This document shows positions 1 through 9,857 of a DNA stretch of 64,000 nucleotides, one piece after another. Positions within the stretch are counted from its first letter, which is position 1. Every line of letters begins with the position of its first letter. Below the pieces are notes generated by a model. The model was not told the origin of the DNA and searched no databases. It saw only the letters and a program-made list of their open reading frames with translations. The position numbers and the translations under genes were made by a program. This stretch comes from an uncultured Chloroflexia bacterium (lineage in GTDB: Bacteria; Chloroflexota; Limnocylindria; Limnocylindrales; CSP1-4): the NCBI GenBank assembly GCA_963766735.1, contig CAVYBU010000004.1, positions 240,175-304,174 of the forward strand, given 5' to 3'.

Positions 1-2
1 AG

Positions 3-275
3 CTCCGTCACAAGGAGTCGGACCGGATCGCGGGGATCGCCGACGGGCTCACGGCCCTGGGCGCGCGGGTGCGCGTCACGGGCGACGACATCGAGATCGA
101 GGGCGGCACGCGGCTCCGCGGCGCCGTCACCGAGACACATGACGATCACCGGCTCGCGATGACGTTCGCCATCGCCGGCCTCATCGCCCAGGGCGAGACC
201 ATCGTGCGCCGACCCGGGTCGGCGGCGATCTCGTACCCGGGCTTCTTCCGCGAACTCGAAGGGGTGCGAGCATGA
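3..275 (+). CDS. aroA: EPSP synthase, C-terminal fragment (truncated by window start)
   Basis: Frame from nt 3 reads LRHKESDRI...THDDHRLAMTF...SYPGFF, the AroA C-terminal motifs. Confidence 0.95.
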   Translation, partial: LRHKESDRIAGIADGLTALGARVRVTGDDIEIEGGTRLRGAVTETHDDHRLAMTFAIAGLIAQGETIVRRPGSAAISYPGFFRELEGVRA

Positions 276-1210
276 CGAAACGCGTCGTTCTCATCGGCCA
301 TCCGGTCGCCCATTCCCTGTCGGAGGCGATGCAGCAGGCCGCCTTCGACTCTCTCGGCATCGACGCGCGCTACGAGACGTGGGATCGCAGCCCAGCCGAG
401 CTCGCCGACGCGATTGCCGAGCTCCGGAACGAGGAGTTCCTGGGCGCCAACATCACGATCCCGCACAAGGAGCGGGTCGTCCCGCACACGGACCGCCAGG
501 CCGACGAGGCCCACGTGACCGGTGCGGTCAACACGCTCACCAAGGAGGGCAGGAAGCTGGTCGGCCACAATACGGACGTGGCCGGGTTCAAGATCGCCCT
601 GGACAAGCTGGTCGGCCGCCAGAAGATGCCCCGTCACGCGGTGGTGCTGGGCGCCGGCGGCGCCGCCCGGGCCGTGGTCTACGGCCTGATCCGCGAGGGC
701 TTCCAGCGGGTCGTGGTGTTCAACCGCCACCTGCACCGCAGCGAGGCCCTGGTCAAGCACTTCAGCCGCAGCGCGGCCCACATGGACCTGCGTGCTATGC
801 CGTGGCACGAGAGCATCATCGAGTCGGAGCTGTCCAAGACGAAGGCGCTGGTCAACGCCACGTCCGTCGGCCTCATCGGGGACGAGTCTCCCATCCCGGC
901 GGAGATCCTGACTCCGGACCTCATGGTCCTGGACCTTCTCTACGCGAACACCCGCCTGCTGCGCGACGCTGCGGCAGCCGGGTGCGTCACCGCCGACGGG
1001 GAGTTGATGCTTCTCCATCAGGGCGCGGACTCGTTCACCCTCTGGACCGGGCAGCCTGCGCCGCTCGACGCGATGCATGCCGCCCTCACCGAGGCCCGGG
1101 CACGCGGGATCACGTCGGCCGAGGGCGAGCCCTCTCCGTCGGCTCCCGGCGCCGCCGAGAGCGAGCCAGAGCCTCCGGCGCCCGACCCGGCCGCGCCGGC
1201 CGGGGCCTGA
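272..1210 (+). CDS. aroE: Shikimate dehydrogenase
   Basis: IGHPVAHSLS, GANITIPHK, GAVNT, GHNTD, LGAGGAARA and VNATSVG motifs; ATGA overlap with aroA. Confidence 0.95.
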   Translation: MTKRVVLIGHPVAHSLSEAMQQAAFDSLGIDARYETWDRSPAELADAIAELRNEEFLGANITIPHKERVVPHTDRQADEAHVTGAVNTLTKEGRKLVGHNTDVAGFKIALDKLVGRQKMPRHAVVLGAGGAARAVVYGLIREGFQRVVVFNRHLHRSEALVKHFSRSAAHMDLRAMPWHESIIESELSKTKALVNATSVGLIGDESPIPAEILTPDLMVLDLLYANTRLLRDAAAAGCVTADGELMLLHQGADSFTLWTGQPAPLDAMHAALTEARARGITSAEGEPSPSAPGAAESEPEPPAPDPAAPAGA

Positions 1211-1241
1211 CACCGGGCCCGGGACGCGAGCAGGAGCACGC

Positions 1242-2462
1242 ATGGATCGCTTCCGGTTCATCACGGCCGGCGAGAGCCACGGCCCCATGCTGGGTGCCGT
1301 GGTGGAGGGCGTTCCCGCCGGACTCGCCCTGACCGAGGATGACCTCGCGGTCGATCTCGCGCGACGCCAGCGCGGGTACGGCCGCGGGGCCCGGCAGGCC
1401 ATCGAGCAGGACCGGGCGCGGATCATGGCCGGCGTCCGCCACGGGCGCACGCTTGGCTCGCCGATCCTGCTGGAGATCGACAACCGCGACTGGGCGAACT
1501 GGACGCGGGTCATGCAGGTAGCGCCGCTATCCCCCGAGGAGGCGGCCGAGCTCGAGACGATGGCCGTCGAAGGCAACAAGCGCGCCCGGCCCGTCACCGC
1601 CGTCCGGCCGGGCCATGCCGATCTCGCCGGAGCCCTCAAGTACGGCTTCGATGATGTCCGCAACGTGCTCGAGCGCTCGTCGGCTCGCGAGACCGCCGCC
1701 CGGGTGGCGGCGGGCGGCATCGCGCGCGCGTTCCTGCGCGAGCTGGGTATCGAGGTGTGGTCGTTCACCGCCGAGGTTGGCGGCGTCGCCGTGGACCCGG
1801 CCCGGGCGACACGGACCCGGGACGAGGCCGATGGCTCGCCACTCCGCTGCCCGGACCCTGAGGCCGAGGCGGCGATGGTCGCCCGGATCGACGAGGCGCG
1901 GTCCGCGGGCGATACCGTCGGCGGCGTGTTCGAGGTGGTCGTCCACGGGGCCCCGATCGGCCTGGGCAGCTACGTCCACTGGGACCGTCGCCTGGACGCG
2001 GCCCTGGCGGCGGCGGTCATGGGCATCAACATCGTCAAGGGCGTGGAGCTGGGGCTGGGGTTCGAGCAGACCCGACGGTTCGGGTCCGCCGTCCACGACG
2101 TGATCGAGGGCCGGCGGCCGGACGGGACGTGGATCCACCGGACGAACAACGCGGGCGGCCTCACCGGCGGCGTGACCAACGGCGAGCCGATCGTGATCCG
2201 TGGCGCGGTCAAGCCGATCTCCACGCTGGCCCGACCGCTCCCCACCGCAGACCTGCTGACGGGCGCGGCGGTGGACAGGGCCCACTACGAACGGAGCGAC
2301 ATCTCGGTCGTTCCCGCCGCCGGCGTCATCGGCGAGGCGATGGTCATGCTGACGCTCGCCGCCTTCGTCCTGGACAAGACAGGTGGGGACTCGATGGCCG
2401 AGGTGACCGGCAACCTGGCCCGGTACCGCTCCCGGATCGCCGGCGCGGCCGACGAGGCCTGA
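1242..2462 (+). CDS. aroC: Chorismate synthase
   Basis: FITAGESHGP, RPGHAD, ERSSARETAARVAAG, KPIST and ERSD motifs; AGGAG RBS before ATG 1242. Confidence 0.96.
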   Translation: MDRFRFITAGESHGPMLGAVVEGVPAGLALTEDDLAVDLARRQRGYGRGARQAIEQDRARIMAGVRHGRTLGSPILLEIDNRDWANWTRVMQVAPLSPEEAAELETMAVEGNKRARPVTAVRPGHADLAGALKYGFDDVRNVLERSSARETAARVAAGGIARAFLRELGIEVWSFTAEVGGVAVDPARATRTRDEADGSPLRCPDPEAEAAMVARIDEARSAGDTVGGVFEVVVHGAPIGLGSYVHWDRRLDAALAAAVMGINIVKGVELGLGFEQTRRFGSAVHDVIEGRRPDGTWIHRTNNAGGLTGGVTNGEPIVIRGAVKPISTLARPLPTADLLTGAAVDRAHYERSDISVVPAAGVIGEAMVMLTLAAFVLDKTGGDSMAEVTGNLARYRSRIAGAADEA

Positions 2463-2471
2463 GGACCCGCG

Positions 2472-4127
2472 GTGGACCTCGTCCTGATCGGTCTGCCGGG
2501 GAGTGGCAAGAGCGCGGTCGGCCGCCGGCTCGCAGCCCGCCACGGGGCCGACTTCCTGGATCTCGACCACGAGATCGAGACGGCGTCGGGCATGACGGTC
2601 CCGGAGATCTTCGCCGCAGAGGGCGAGGCCGGCTTCCGACGACGCGAACGGCGGGCGGTGGCCGCTCTCGGCCCGGCGGACCGGACCCCGGATCTGTGCC
2701 GTGTGATCTCCCCCGGCGGCGGAGCGATCCTCGACCCACGGAACCGTTGGGCGCTCTACCGGGGTCGCGTCGTGGCCTGGCTTGACGTCCGACCGGAGGT
2801 CCTCGCCCAGCGCCTGCGCCGCTCCCCCACCGTCAGGCCGCTGGTCCAGGGCGGGAACGAGCTCGGGCGTATCCGGACCCTCGCCGCGGATCGCGAGCGG
2901 TTCTATGGGGCCGCCAGCCGCGTCAACGGCGTCGCCGAGATGGCCGGCGTGGTCAGCGCCGTGGAGCGGCTGCTGCATGCGGGCCCGGCCGCCTCGACCG
3001 CGTTGCTGCACGCGTCCACGAGCATCGGCGAGATCGTGATCGGCGAGGGGATCGCGGCCGCGGCGATCGGGACGACGCTCCGGCGACTGGACGCGCATCG
3101 GGCCCTGATCGTGTCCGAGCCCGGGGCGTGGGCGGCGTTCGGCGAGGGCGTCGCGACGGCGCTGCGCGCGGACGGCTGGCCGGTCGAGACGGTGATGCTG
3201 CCGACGGGCGAGGCCGCCAAGCGGATTGCCGTGGTCGAGGAGGCGGCACGGGAGCTCGCCCGCCTCCGGGTGGAGCGGCGGGAGCCGCTGATCGCCATCG
3301 GCGGAGGGGCGCTCGGAGACCCGGCCGGCTTCCTCGCGGCGACCTACCTGCGCGGGGTGCCCTGGATCGGGGTGCCCACGTCGCTGGTGGCCCAGGTGGA
3401 CTCCTCGATCGGCGGCAAGACGGGCGTGGACCTGCCGGAGGGCAAGAACCTCCTCGGGGCGTTCCACCAGCCGGCCGCCGTGATCCTGGACGTGGCGGCC
3501 CTGCGGACCCTGCCCGGGCGCCAGCTGCGGGCCGCCCTGGGCGAGATCGTCAAGATGGCGGCCCTGGGCGACGAGGCGCTGTTCGCCACGCTGGAGGCGG
3601 ACGGGGAGGCCATCGCCCGTGGGGATGGGGCGGCGTTCGCCGGCGGCGCCGTGGCCGAGGTCGTGGAGCGCGCCGGCTGGGCGAAGGTGGAGGTCGTGAC
3701 CGCGGACGAGCGCGAGCAGGGCGCGACGGGTGGGCGGATCGCGCTCAACCTGGGCCATACGGTTGCCCACGCGCTGGAGGCGGTCGACGGGTACGCGAAC
3801 CTGCTCCACGGCGAGGCAGTGGCCTACGGGCTGCGCGCGGCGACCCGGATCGGGACGGCCATGGGCGTGACGCCCCCGGAGCGTGCGGTGCGGATCGAGA
3901 GCCTGCTCGATCGCCTCGACCTCGGACGGGCGCCGCTCCCCTACCCGCTCGAGGCCGTGCTGGCGGCGACCGGGACCGACAAGAAGCACGCGGGCGGACG
4001 GCTCCGGTGGGTGCTGCCAACGGAGGATGGCATGGCGGTCCGGGACGACGTGCCGGGCGGGCTCGTGGAGACGGCCGTCGCGGGGATCCTGGCCGGGACT
4101 CCGGACGGAACGGGAGGTCGGGAATGA
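2472..4127 (+). CDS. aroKB: Bifunctional shikimate kinase / 3-dehydroquinate synthase (AroK-AroB fusion)
   Basis: N-terminal GLPGSGKS P-loop, DLDHEIE and GEAGFR; C-terminal GGGALGD, DSSIGGKTG, GKNLLGAFHQP, LNLGHT and LLHGEAV. Confidence 0.93.
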   Translation: MDLVLIGLPGSGKSAVGRRLAARHGADFLDLDHEIETASGMTVPEIFAAEGEAGFRRRERRAVAALGPADRTPDLCRVISPGGGAILDPRNRWALYRGRVVAWLDVRPEVLAQRLRRSPTVRPLVQGGNELGRIRTLAADRERFYGAASRVNGVAEMAGVVSAVERLLHAGPAASTALLHASTSIGEIVIGEGIAAAAIGTTLRRLDAHRALIVSEPGAWAAFGEGVATALRADGWPVETVMLPTGEAAKRIAVVEEAARELARLRVERREPLIAIGGGALGDPAGFLAATYLRGVPWIGVPTSLVAQVDSSIGGKTGVDLPEGKNLLGAFHQPAAVILDVAALRTLPGRQLRAALGEIVKMAALGDEALFATLEADGEAIARGDGAAFAGGAVAEVVERAGWAKVEVVTADEREQGATGGRIALNLGHTVAHALEAVDGYANLLHGEAVAYGLRAATRIGTAMGVTPPERAVRIESLLDRLDLGRAPLPYPLEAVLAATGTDKKHAGGRLRWVLPTEDGMAVRDDVPGGLVETAVAGILAGTPDGTGGRE

Positions 4128-4561
4128 CGCGCGTGCTGGTTCTCCAGGGACCCAACCTCAACCTGCTCGGGACCCGGGAGCCGGAGATCTACGGGCGCGA
4201 GACGCTGGATCAGATCCACGCAGGGCTGGCTGCGCGCGCCGCGGAGCTGGGGCTCGAGATCGCCTTCTACCAGTCCAACCACGAGGGCGATCTCATCGAC
4301 CGTCTCCATGTCCGCGACTTCGACGTGTCGATCGTGAACGCGGCCGGCTACACGCACACCTCGGTGGCCCTCCGGGACGCCCTCCTCGCCATCGAGCGCC
4401 CCTTCTGGGAGGTCCACCTCTCGGACCCCTGGACACGCGACGCGTTCCGGCAGGTGAACTTCCTGCACGACATCGCGACGGGTTCGGTCGTGGGGCAGGG
4501 TGCGCGCGGGTACCACCAGGCCCTCGAGGCGATCGCTGCCGGGCTCGGGGGCACGCCGTGA
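4124..4561 (+). CDS. aroQ: Type II 3-dehydroquinate dehydratase
   Basis: GPNLNLLGTREPEIYG, QSNHEG, YTHTSVALRDA and EVHLS motifs; ATG 4124 overlaps the aroKB stop. Confidence 0.95.
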   Translation: MTRVLVLQGPNLNLLGTREPEIYGRETLDQIHAGLAARAAELGLEIAFYQSNHEGDLIDRLHVRDFDVSIVNAAGYTHTSVALRDALLAIERPFWEVHLSDPWTRDAFRQVNFLHDIATGSVVGQGARGYHQALEAIAAGLGGTP

Positions 4562-4920
4562 CCCGGCGGAGCGGCGGCCATGGCGAGGCGCGGGACCGGC
4601 CGACACCGCAGGAGCGCGACGAGGCGGCGCTGGAGCTGTCCCGGATCCGGGACCAGATCGACCAGCTGGACCTGCGGATCGTGGCGCTGCTCAACGAGCG
4701 CGCGGTCCTTGGCCGTGCAGCCGGGCGGGCGAAGCACCTGGCCGGGCGGCGTGCGATCAAGGATCCGGAGCGCGAGCGCGAGGTGCTCCTGCGGGTCGCG
4801 ATGGGCAACGCGGGGCCGCTGGCGCAGGCGGACCTCCTGTCGGTCTACCGGCGGGTGGTGGCCGTCACCCGTGGGCTTGAGTCGCGCGACCGGACCCATG
4901 ACGGCCGATCCGGGGACTGA
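4558..4920 (+). CDS. Monofunctional chorismate mutase (AroQ class)
   Basis: IRDQIDQLDLRIVALLNER...K...DPEREREVL pattern; GTGA overlap with aroQ. Confidence 0.85.
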   Translation: MTRRSGGHGEARDRPTPQERDEAALELSRIRDQIDQLDLRIVALLNERAVLGRAAGRAKHLAGRRAIKDPEREREVLLRVAMGNAGPLAQADLLSVYRRVVAVTRGLESRDRTHDGRSGD

Positions 4921-5935
4921 CCCGCCCAGGGCAGGGGTCGGAGACGTCGCGGTGGAGGACGACCCGCTCGGAGACATCGCGTCCGGGGACACCCTGCACG
5001 TCCCGGTCACCACGTCCGCGGCCCGGCCGGATCCGCGCGTGCTGCCCACCGGCCCCGTGACGCGGTTTGCACCGGCGCCCACGGGCTTCCTCCATCTCGG
5101 CCACCTCGTCAACGCGCTGTACACCTGGGGCATCGCCCGGGCCACGGGAGGACGGGTGATCCTGCGGATCGAGGACCACGATCGGCAGCGGTCGCGGCCG
5201 GCGTTCGAGACCGCGCTGCTGGACGACCTCGAGCGGCTGGGGCTGGTCCCCGACGAACCGCCGATCGCCGCGTTCCGGGCCGGCCCGACTCACTACCGTC
5301 AGTCCACCGCGGGTCCGGTGTACCTCGCGGCGCTCGCGCGTTTGCGGGCGGACGGGCTCGTGTACGCCTGCGTCTGCTCCCGGTCGACCTTCGGCGCGTA
5401 CACGGCCGAGCGGGGACGTCCGTGGAGTGGGATCGGATGCCCCGGCGGCTGTCGCACGCGTGCGCTCCCCGAGGAGGAGGGCACCGGCCTGCGGGTGGCC
5501 GTCGGTGCAGGCTCGGAGCGGTGGGTGGACCTCCTGGCCGGCCCGCTGGCGGACGAGCCTGCGGCCGGAGGTGACCTGCTGGTGCGGGACCGAGCGGGCA
5601 ACTGGACGTACCCGTTCTGCGTGGTGGTCGATGACATGCGGCACGGTGTGGACCTCGTCATCCGCGGCCGTGACCTCCTGCACGCGACGCCCGCCCAGCT
5701 GCGGCTGGCGCGCATGCTCGGACGCGAGACGCCGCCGCGCTTCCTGCACCACCCGCTGGTCCGGCGGGCATCCGGGAGGAAGCTGTCCAAGGCGGAGGGC
5801 GACACGGCCGTGCGTGCGCTGCTGGACGCCGGCGCCACGCCGGCCGGGCTGCTCGGACGCGCGGCCCACCTGGCCGGGCTGCAGGCGGACGAGAGTCCGA
5901 TCGACCCGGGCGGCATCGGGACCATGTTCGCCTAG
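4898..5935 (+). CDS. gluQ: Glutamyl-Q tRNA(Asp) synthetase-like protein (GluRS catalytic domain only)
   Basis: RFAPAPTGFLHLGH, LRIEDHD, YACVCSR, VVVDD, IRGRDL and KLSK motifs; no anticodon-binding domain; start uncertain. Confidence 0.8.
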   Translation: MTADPGTDPPRAGVGDVAVEDDPLGDIASGDTLHVPVTTSAARPDPRVLPTGPVTRFAPAPTGFLHLGHLVNALYTWGIARATGGRVILRIEDHDRQRSRPAFETALLDDLERLGLVPDEPPIAAFRAGPTHYRQSTAGPVYLAALARLRADGLVYACVCSRSTFGAYTAERGRPWSGIGCPGGCRTRALPEEEGTGLRVAVGAGSERWVDLLAGPLADEPAAGGDLLVRDRAGNWTYPFCVVVDDMRHGVDLVIRGRDLLHATPAQLRLARMLGRETPPRFLHHPLVRRASGRKLSKAEGDTAVRALLDAGATPAGLLGRAAHLAGLQADESPIDPGGIGTMFA

Positions 5936-6037
5936 GCGGCCGACCCTGTTCGTCGCACACGGGATCCTCGGCGGAGGGCCTGGCAGCCAACGACGCTATG
6001 CTGGGGCGTACGAAAGAACGTCACTTGGAGGCTTGCC

Positions 6038-6364
6038 ATGAAGTTCATCCTCGGCCTGCTCACCGGGCTCGTCCTTGGCGCCGTGGGCACGGTTGCCTAC
6101 TCGCTCCAGACCGGTCGCGACCTTCGCGAGGCGTTCGAAGAGGTCCGCTCCGACCTCGACCGCCGCGACTTCGATGCCCTCGGCTCGCGCCTGGAGGCAC
6201 GGGTCTCGGAGCTCCAGACCCGCCTCGAGGAGCGGATCGCCCAGGTCCGGGACCATGCGGCGACGACGACCGGCGACATCGACATCGATCAGACTGTCGC
6301 GGAAGCCGGCGCTGCCGTGGCCGAGGGGGTCGAGTCGAAGGCCGAGGAGCAGGCAGGAGCCTGA
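6038..6364 (+). CDS. YtxH-like small membrane-anchored coiled-coil protein
   Basis: MKFILGLLTGLVLGAVG anchor followed by a charged helix; GGAGG RBS and TATGCT -10 upstream. Confidence 0.65.
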   Translation: MKFILGLLTGLVLGAVGTVAYSLQTGRDLREAFEEVRSDLDRRDFDALGSRLEARVSELQTRLEERIAQVRDHAATTTGDIDIDQTVAEAGAAVAEGVESKAEEQAGA

Positions 6365-6383
6365 CCCGATCCCTCGCCCGGAC

Positions 6384-8078
6384 CTAGCCTGAGCGGTCCC
6401 CGTCCACTGCCACCCCCGGGTCCGCCGCCAGCTCCGGCCCGCGGATCCACGCGTCGCCCGTGAACAGCTCCGGGCGGTGCGTCAGCACGACGACGGTGCG
6501 TCCCCGGGTTGCCGCGGGCAGGTCCGCGACGAACGTGTGGGCGGCGGCCTCGTCAAGGTGCTCCGTGGGCTCGTCCAGGATGAGCACGCGGACGTCCGCG
6601 AGGAGTGCCCGGGCGAGCGCGAGACGCTGGCGCTGACCGCCCGACAGCCGTGCACCATGCTCCCCCACGGCGGTGTCCAGGCCGGCCGGCAGCGCACGCA
6701 CCCAGTCGAGCAGGCCGGCAGCCCGGAGTGCGATCTCCAGGGCCGCGGCATCCGCGCCCGGCCGCGCCAGGCGGAGGTTGTCGGCAAGGGTGGCGTCGAA
6801 GATGTGCGGGTCCTGCTCGCACAGGCCGACGGCACGGCGGACATCGTCGCCATCGAGCGTCCGCACGTCGGCCTCGATCTCCGCTCCCACCAGCCGCAGT
6901 GACCCGGCGGCCGGCTCCAGGAAGCGCAGGCAGGCGGCCGCGAACGTGCTCTTGCCGGAACCACTGGGCCCCGTGACCACGATCCGCTCACCCGCCCCGA
7001 CGGCGAGGTCCATGCGGGACAGGGCATCACGGGACGCACCCGGGTAGCGCAGCGTGAGGGCGTCCGCCTGGATCCCCAGGGGGCCGTCCGGCACCGGCTT
7101 GAGCGCCGTGGGCTCCGGAACGGGATCCGGGCGCCGGAGGATGTCGTCGATGCGGGACGCCGAGGACGCCATGCCCGGCAGCTGCCTCGCGGCCCCGGCC
7201 AGCGGGACTGCGACCTCGTGGACGGCGATCGGCGTCAGGACGACCACCGCGAGCGCCACGCCACCGAGGCTCCCGTCGCGGACGGCGGCAATCCCCAGCA
7301 GCAGCGCGCTCCACACGGCCACGCCGCCCGCGAGGCCGGTGATGAGGCTGCCGATGCCGGCCCCCAGCGCAGACCGCCGTTCGGCTGCGGCCAGGCGCGC
7401 GTCGACCTCGGCCGCTGCCGCCAGGACTCTCGGGGTCGCGCCCGCCGCCGTGATCTCCGGGGCGCCGTGCAGAAGATCCAGCGCCGTTTCGGCCAGCTCG
7501 CCGCGAATCGGGGCCAGCGACCGTTCCGTTCGACGGGCCACCCCACCGGCAGCCAGCGGTGCGATCAGCGCCGTGACGAGCAGCGTGGCCCCCAGGGCCA
7601 CACCCGCCATCGGCACCAGCCCGGCGATGAACAGCACCGCCCCCGCCGCCACGATCCCCACCGACGCGTACGGAAGCAGGACCCGGAGCCACAGGTCCGC
7701 GAGACCGTCCACGTCCCCGACCAGCCTGGCCAGGAGATCCCCCGACCGGAGCTCCACGAGACCCGCCGGTGCCAGGCGGATCAGTCGCTCGTAGACGGTT
7801 GCGCGCAACTCGGCCAGGACCCGGAAGGCGGCGTCGTGGGCGGCCACTCGCTCCGCGTACCGGAACACGCCGCGCGCGATCCCGAAGGCCCGGACCGCGG
7901 TGACCGCGAGCAGCAAGGCGAAGACCGGGGGCTGCTCGGCCGCCCGCGAGATCAGCCAGGCGGACGTCGCCGAGAGTCCAACCGCTGCACCCCCGGCACC
8001 CACGCCGGCGAGGACCGCGAGCAGGAGGCGCCCCGTGACCGGGCGGCCGATCCGCAGAACCACGATGAGCGGCCTCAC
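6384..8078 (-). CDS. cydC: Thiol reductant ABC exporter subunit CydC
   Basis: SAWLISRAAEQPP, VRAFGIARGVFRYAERVAAHDAAFR, GPSGSGKST and LSGGQRQR; GTG 8078 overlaps the cydD stop. Confidence 0.92.
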   Translation of the reverse strand: MRPLIVVLRIGRPVTGRLLLAVLAGVGAGGAAVGLSATSAWLISRAAEQPPVFALLLAVTAVRAFGIARGVFRYAERVAAHDAAFRVLAELRATVYERLIRLAPAGLVELRSGDLLARLVGDVDGLADLWLRVLLPYASVGIVAAGAVLFIAGLVPMAGVALGATLLVTALIAPLAAGGVARRTERSLAPIRGELAETALDLLHGAPEITAAGATPRVLAAAAEVDARLAAAERRSALGAGIGSLITGLAGGVAVWSALLLGIAAVRDGSLGGVALAVVVLTPIAVHEVAVPLAGAARQLPGMASSASRIDDILRRPDPVPEPTALKPVPDGPLGIQADALTLRYPGASRDALSRMDLAVGAGERIVVTGPSGSGKSTFAAACLRFLEPAAGSLRLVGAEIEADVRTLDGDDVRRAVGLCEQDPHIFDATLADNLRLARPGADAAALEIALRAAGLLDWVRALPAGLDTAVGEHGARLSGGQRQRLALARALLADVRVLILDEPTEHLDEAAAHTFVADLPAATRGRTVVVLTHRPELFTGDAWIRGPELAADPGVAVDGDRSG

Positions 8079-9781
8079 GGGACGGCCGCCGAAGGCGGGG
8101 CGGACGATGCCGCCGCCTGCTCGGGCACCGTCGCGGCTGGGAGAGCCTCCCACCGGATCGCCACGGCCCGGTCCGCCCCGGCCACCGCGCCGGGCCGGTG
8201 GGCCACCAGCAGCACCGCGACGCCCCGGTCGGCCTCCGCGCGCACGGCCGCCAGCACGGCGGCCTCGGCCGTCTCGTCCAGGCCCGCCGTCGGCTCGTCG
8301 AGCAGCAGCACGGTCGCGCCCCGCACGAGGGCGCGCGCGATCCCGACGCGGCGACGTTGCCCGCTCGAGAGGCCCCGCCCGCGCTCGCCGAGCACCAGTG
8401 CAGGCGCCACGTCGCCCAGCCCCACCGCCGCGAGGGCCGTCGCGACGTCGTCATGGGAGGCATCCGGTGCACCAAGCCGCACGTTCTCCGCGACGCTCCC
8501 GGCGAACAGGTACGGCGCCTGTGGCACCCAGGCGACCGTCCGGCGCCAGCCATCGGCATCGAGGTCCCGGACGTCGGTCGTGGATCCGCCCGCCGCCACG
8601 ACGAGCACCCGTCCCGCCGACGGCTCGAGCATGGCCAGGATCACGGCCAGGAGGGTGCTCTTGCCGGCACCGCTGGGGCCCGTGACCGCCACCACCTCGC
8701 CCGGCCGCACGACCAGCGACGCTCCCGCGGGCGCCGCCGCCTCACGCCCCGGCTGCTCGACCCACAGGTCCTCCACCGCCAGGCCGAGCGGCCCGTGGGG
8801 CACCGCCAGCCCCCGCCCGGGCGCCACCTGCGGTGCGTCGATGATCGCGAAGGCCCCCGCGGCCGCCGCGAGCCCCTCCTCGCTCGCGTGGAACTCCGAG
8901 CCCAGGCGCCGGAGCGGCAGGTACGCCTCGGGCGCGAGGATCAGCGCGAACAGCCCGGCCTCCAGGGTCATCCCGCCGACGTCCAGCCTCAGCCCGATCC
9001 CCACGGCCACGAGCGCGATGGAGATCGTGGCCAGCAGCTCCAGGGTCAGCGCGGAGAGGAACGCCACCCGGAGCGTCGCCATCGTCGTGGAGCGGTACGT
9101 GTCGGTGATCCGCCGCAGGACGTCCACCTGGGTCGCGGCCCCGCCGTAGGCGCGCAGGGTCGGCAGCCCCGCCACGACGTCCGTGAACCGGTGGGCGAGG
9201 CGCGCGAGCGCCGCCCAGCGCCGGGCGCGATGGGCCGCGGACATGCGCCCGATCAGCACCATGAACAGCGGGATCAGCGGCACCGTCAGCAGCACCGTCA
9301 GGGCCGCGATCCCGTCGATCGCGAACAGGCACGCGATGACCGCCACCGGCACGGTCGCCGCGAGCCCCAGCTGCGGGAGGTACCGCCCGTAGTAGCCGTC
9401 GAGTGCGTCGAGGCCGCGGGTGGCCAGCAGGACCACCTCGCCACTTGCCTGCCCCGCCGCCCAGCGCGGCCCCAACCCCACCGCACGCGCCAGCAGCCGC
9501 TCGCGCAGGTCGCGCTTGACGATGCCGCTGATCCGCTGGGCGGCGACCTCCGAGAACCACCCCAGGAGGGACCGGGCGACCAGCACCAGGGCCAGCGCGG
9601 CCAGGGCCGGAGCGAGGTCCACCGCATCCTCGCCGCCCATGAAGGCGCCCGCGAGGCATCGGGCCAGGAGCCCCGCCTGGGCGACCGCGAGCAGCGCGCT
9701 CGCGACGCCGAGCCCCACGGCCGCGACGAGCCCGGACGTGGCCGCCCTCCCCGAGGCGAGGAGACGGCGGTGGAGGTTCAC
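8075..9781 (-). CDS. cydD: Thiol reductant ABC exporter subunit CydD
   Basis: YYGRYLPQ, PLIPLFMVLIG, LRVAFLS, LILAPEAYLPLR and GPSGAGKST motifs. Confidence 0.93.
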   Translation of the reverse strand: MNLHRRLLASGRAATSGLVAAVGLGVASALLAVAQAGLLARCLAGAFMGGEDAVDLAPALAALALVLVARSLLGWFSEVAAQRISGIVKRDLRERLLARAVGLGPRWAAGQASGEVVLLATRGLDALDGYYGRYLPQLGLAATVPVAVIACLFAIDGIAALTVLLTVPLIPLFMVLIGRMSAAHRARRWAALARLAHRFTDVVAGLPTLRAYGGAATQVDVLRRITDTYRSTTMATLRVAFLSALTLELLATISIALVAVGIGLRLDVGGMTLEAGLFALILAPEAYLPLRRLGSEFHASEEGLAAAAGAFAIIDAPQVAPGRGLAVPHGPLGLAVEDLWVEQPGREAAAPAGASLVVRPGEVVAVTGPSGAGKSTLLAVILAMLEPSAGRVLVVAAGGSTTDVRDLDADGWRRTVAWVPQAPYLFAGSVAENVRLGAPDASHDDVATALAAVGLGDVAPALVLGERGRGLSSGQRRRVGIARALVRGATVLLLDEPTAGLDETAEAAVLAAVRAEADRGVAVLLVAHRPGAVAGADRAVAIRWEALPAATVPEQAAASSAPPSAAVP

Positions 9782-9857
9782 GACGCGGCCTGGGACGTGC
9801 CCTGACCCTCGGCCCGGGGCATGGACCGACTCCCGGCCGGGGACGCGGTCGAATGCC

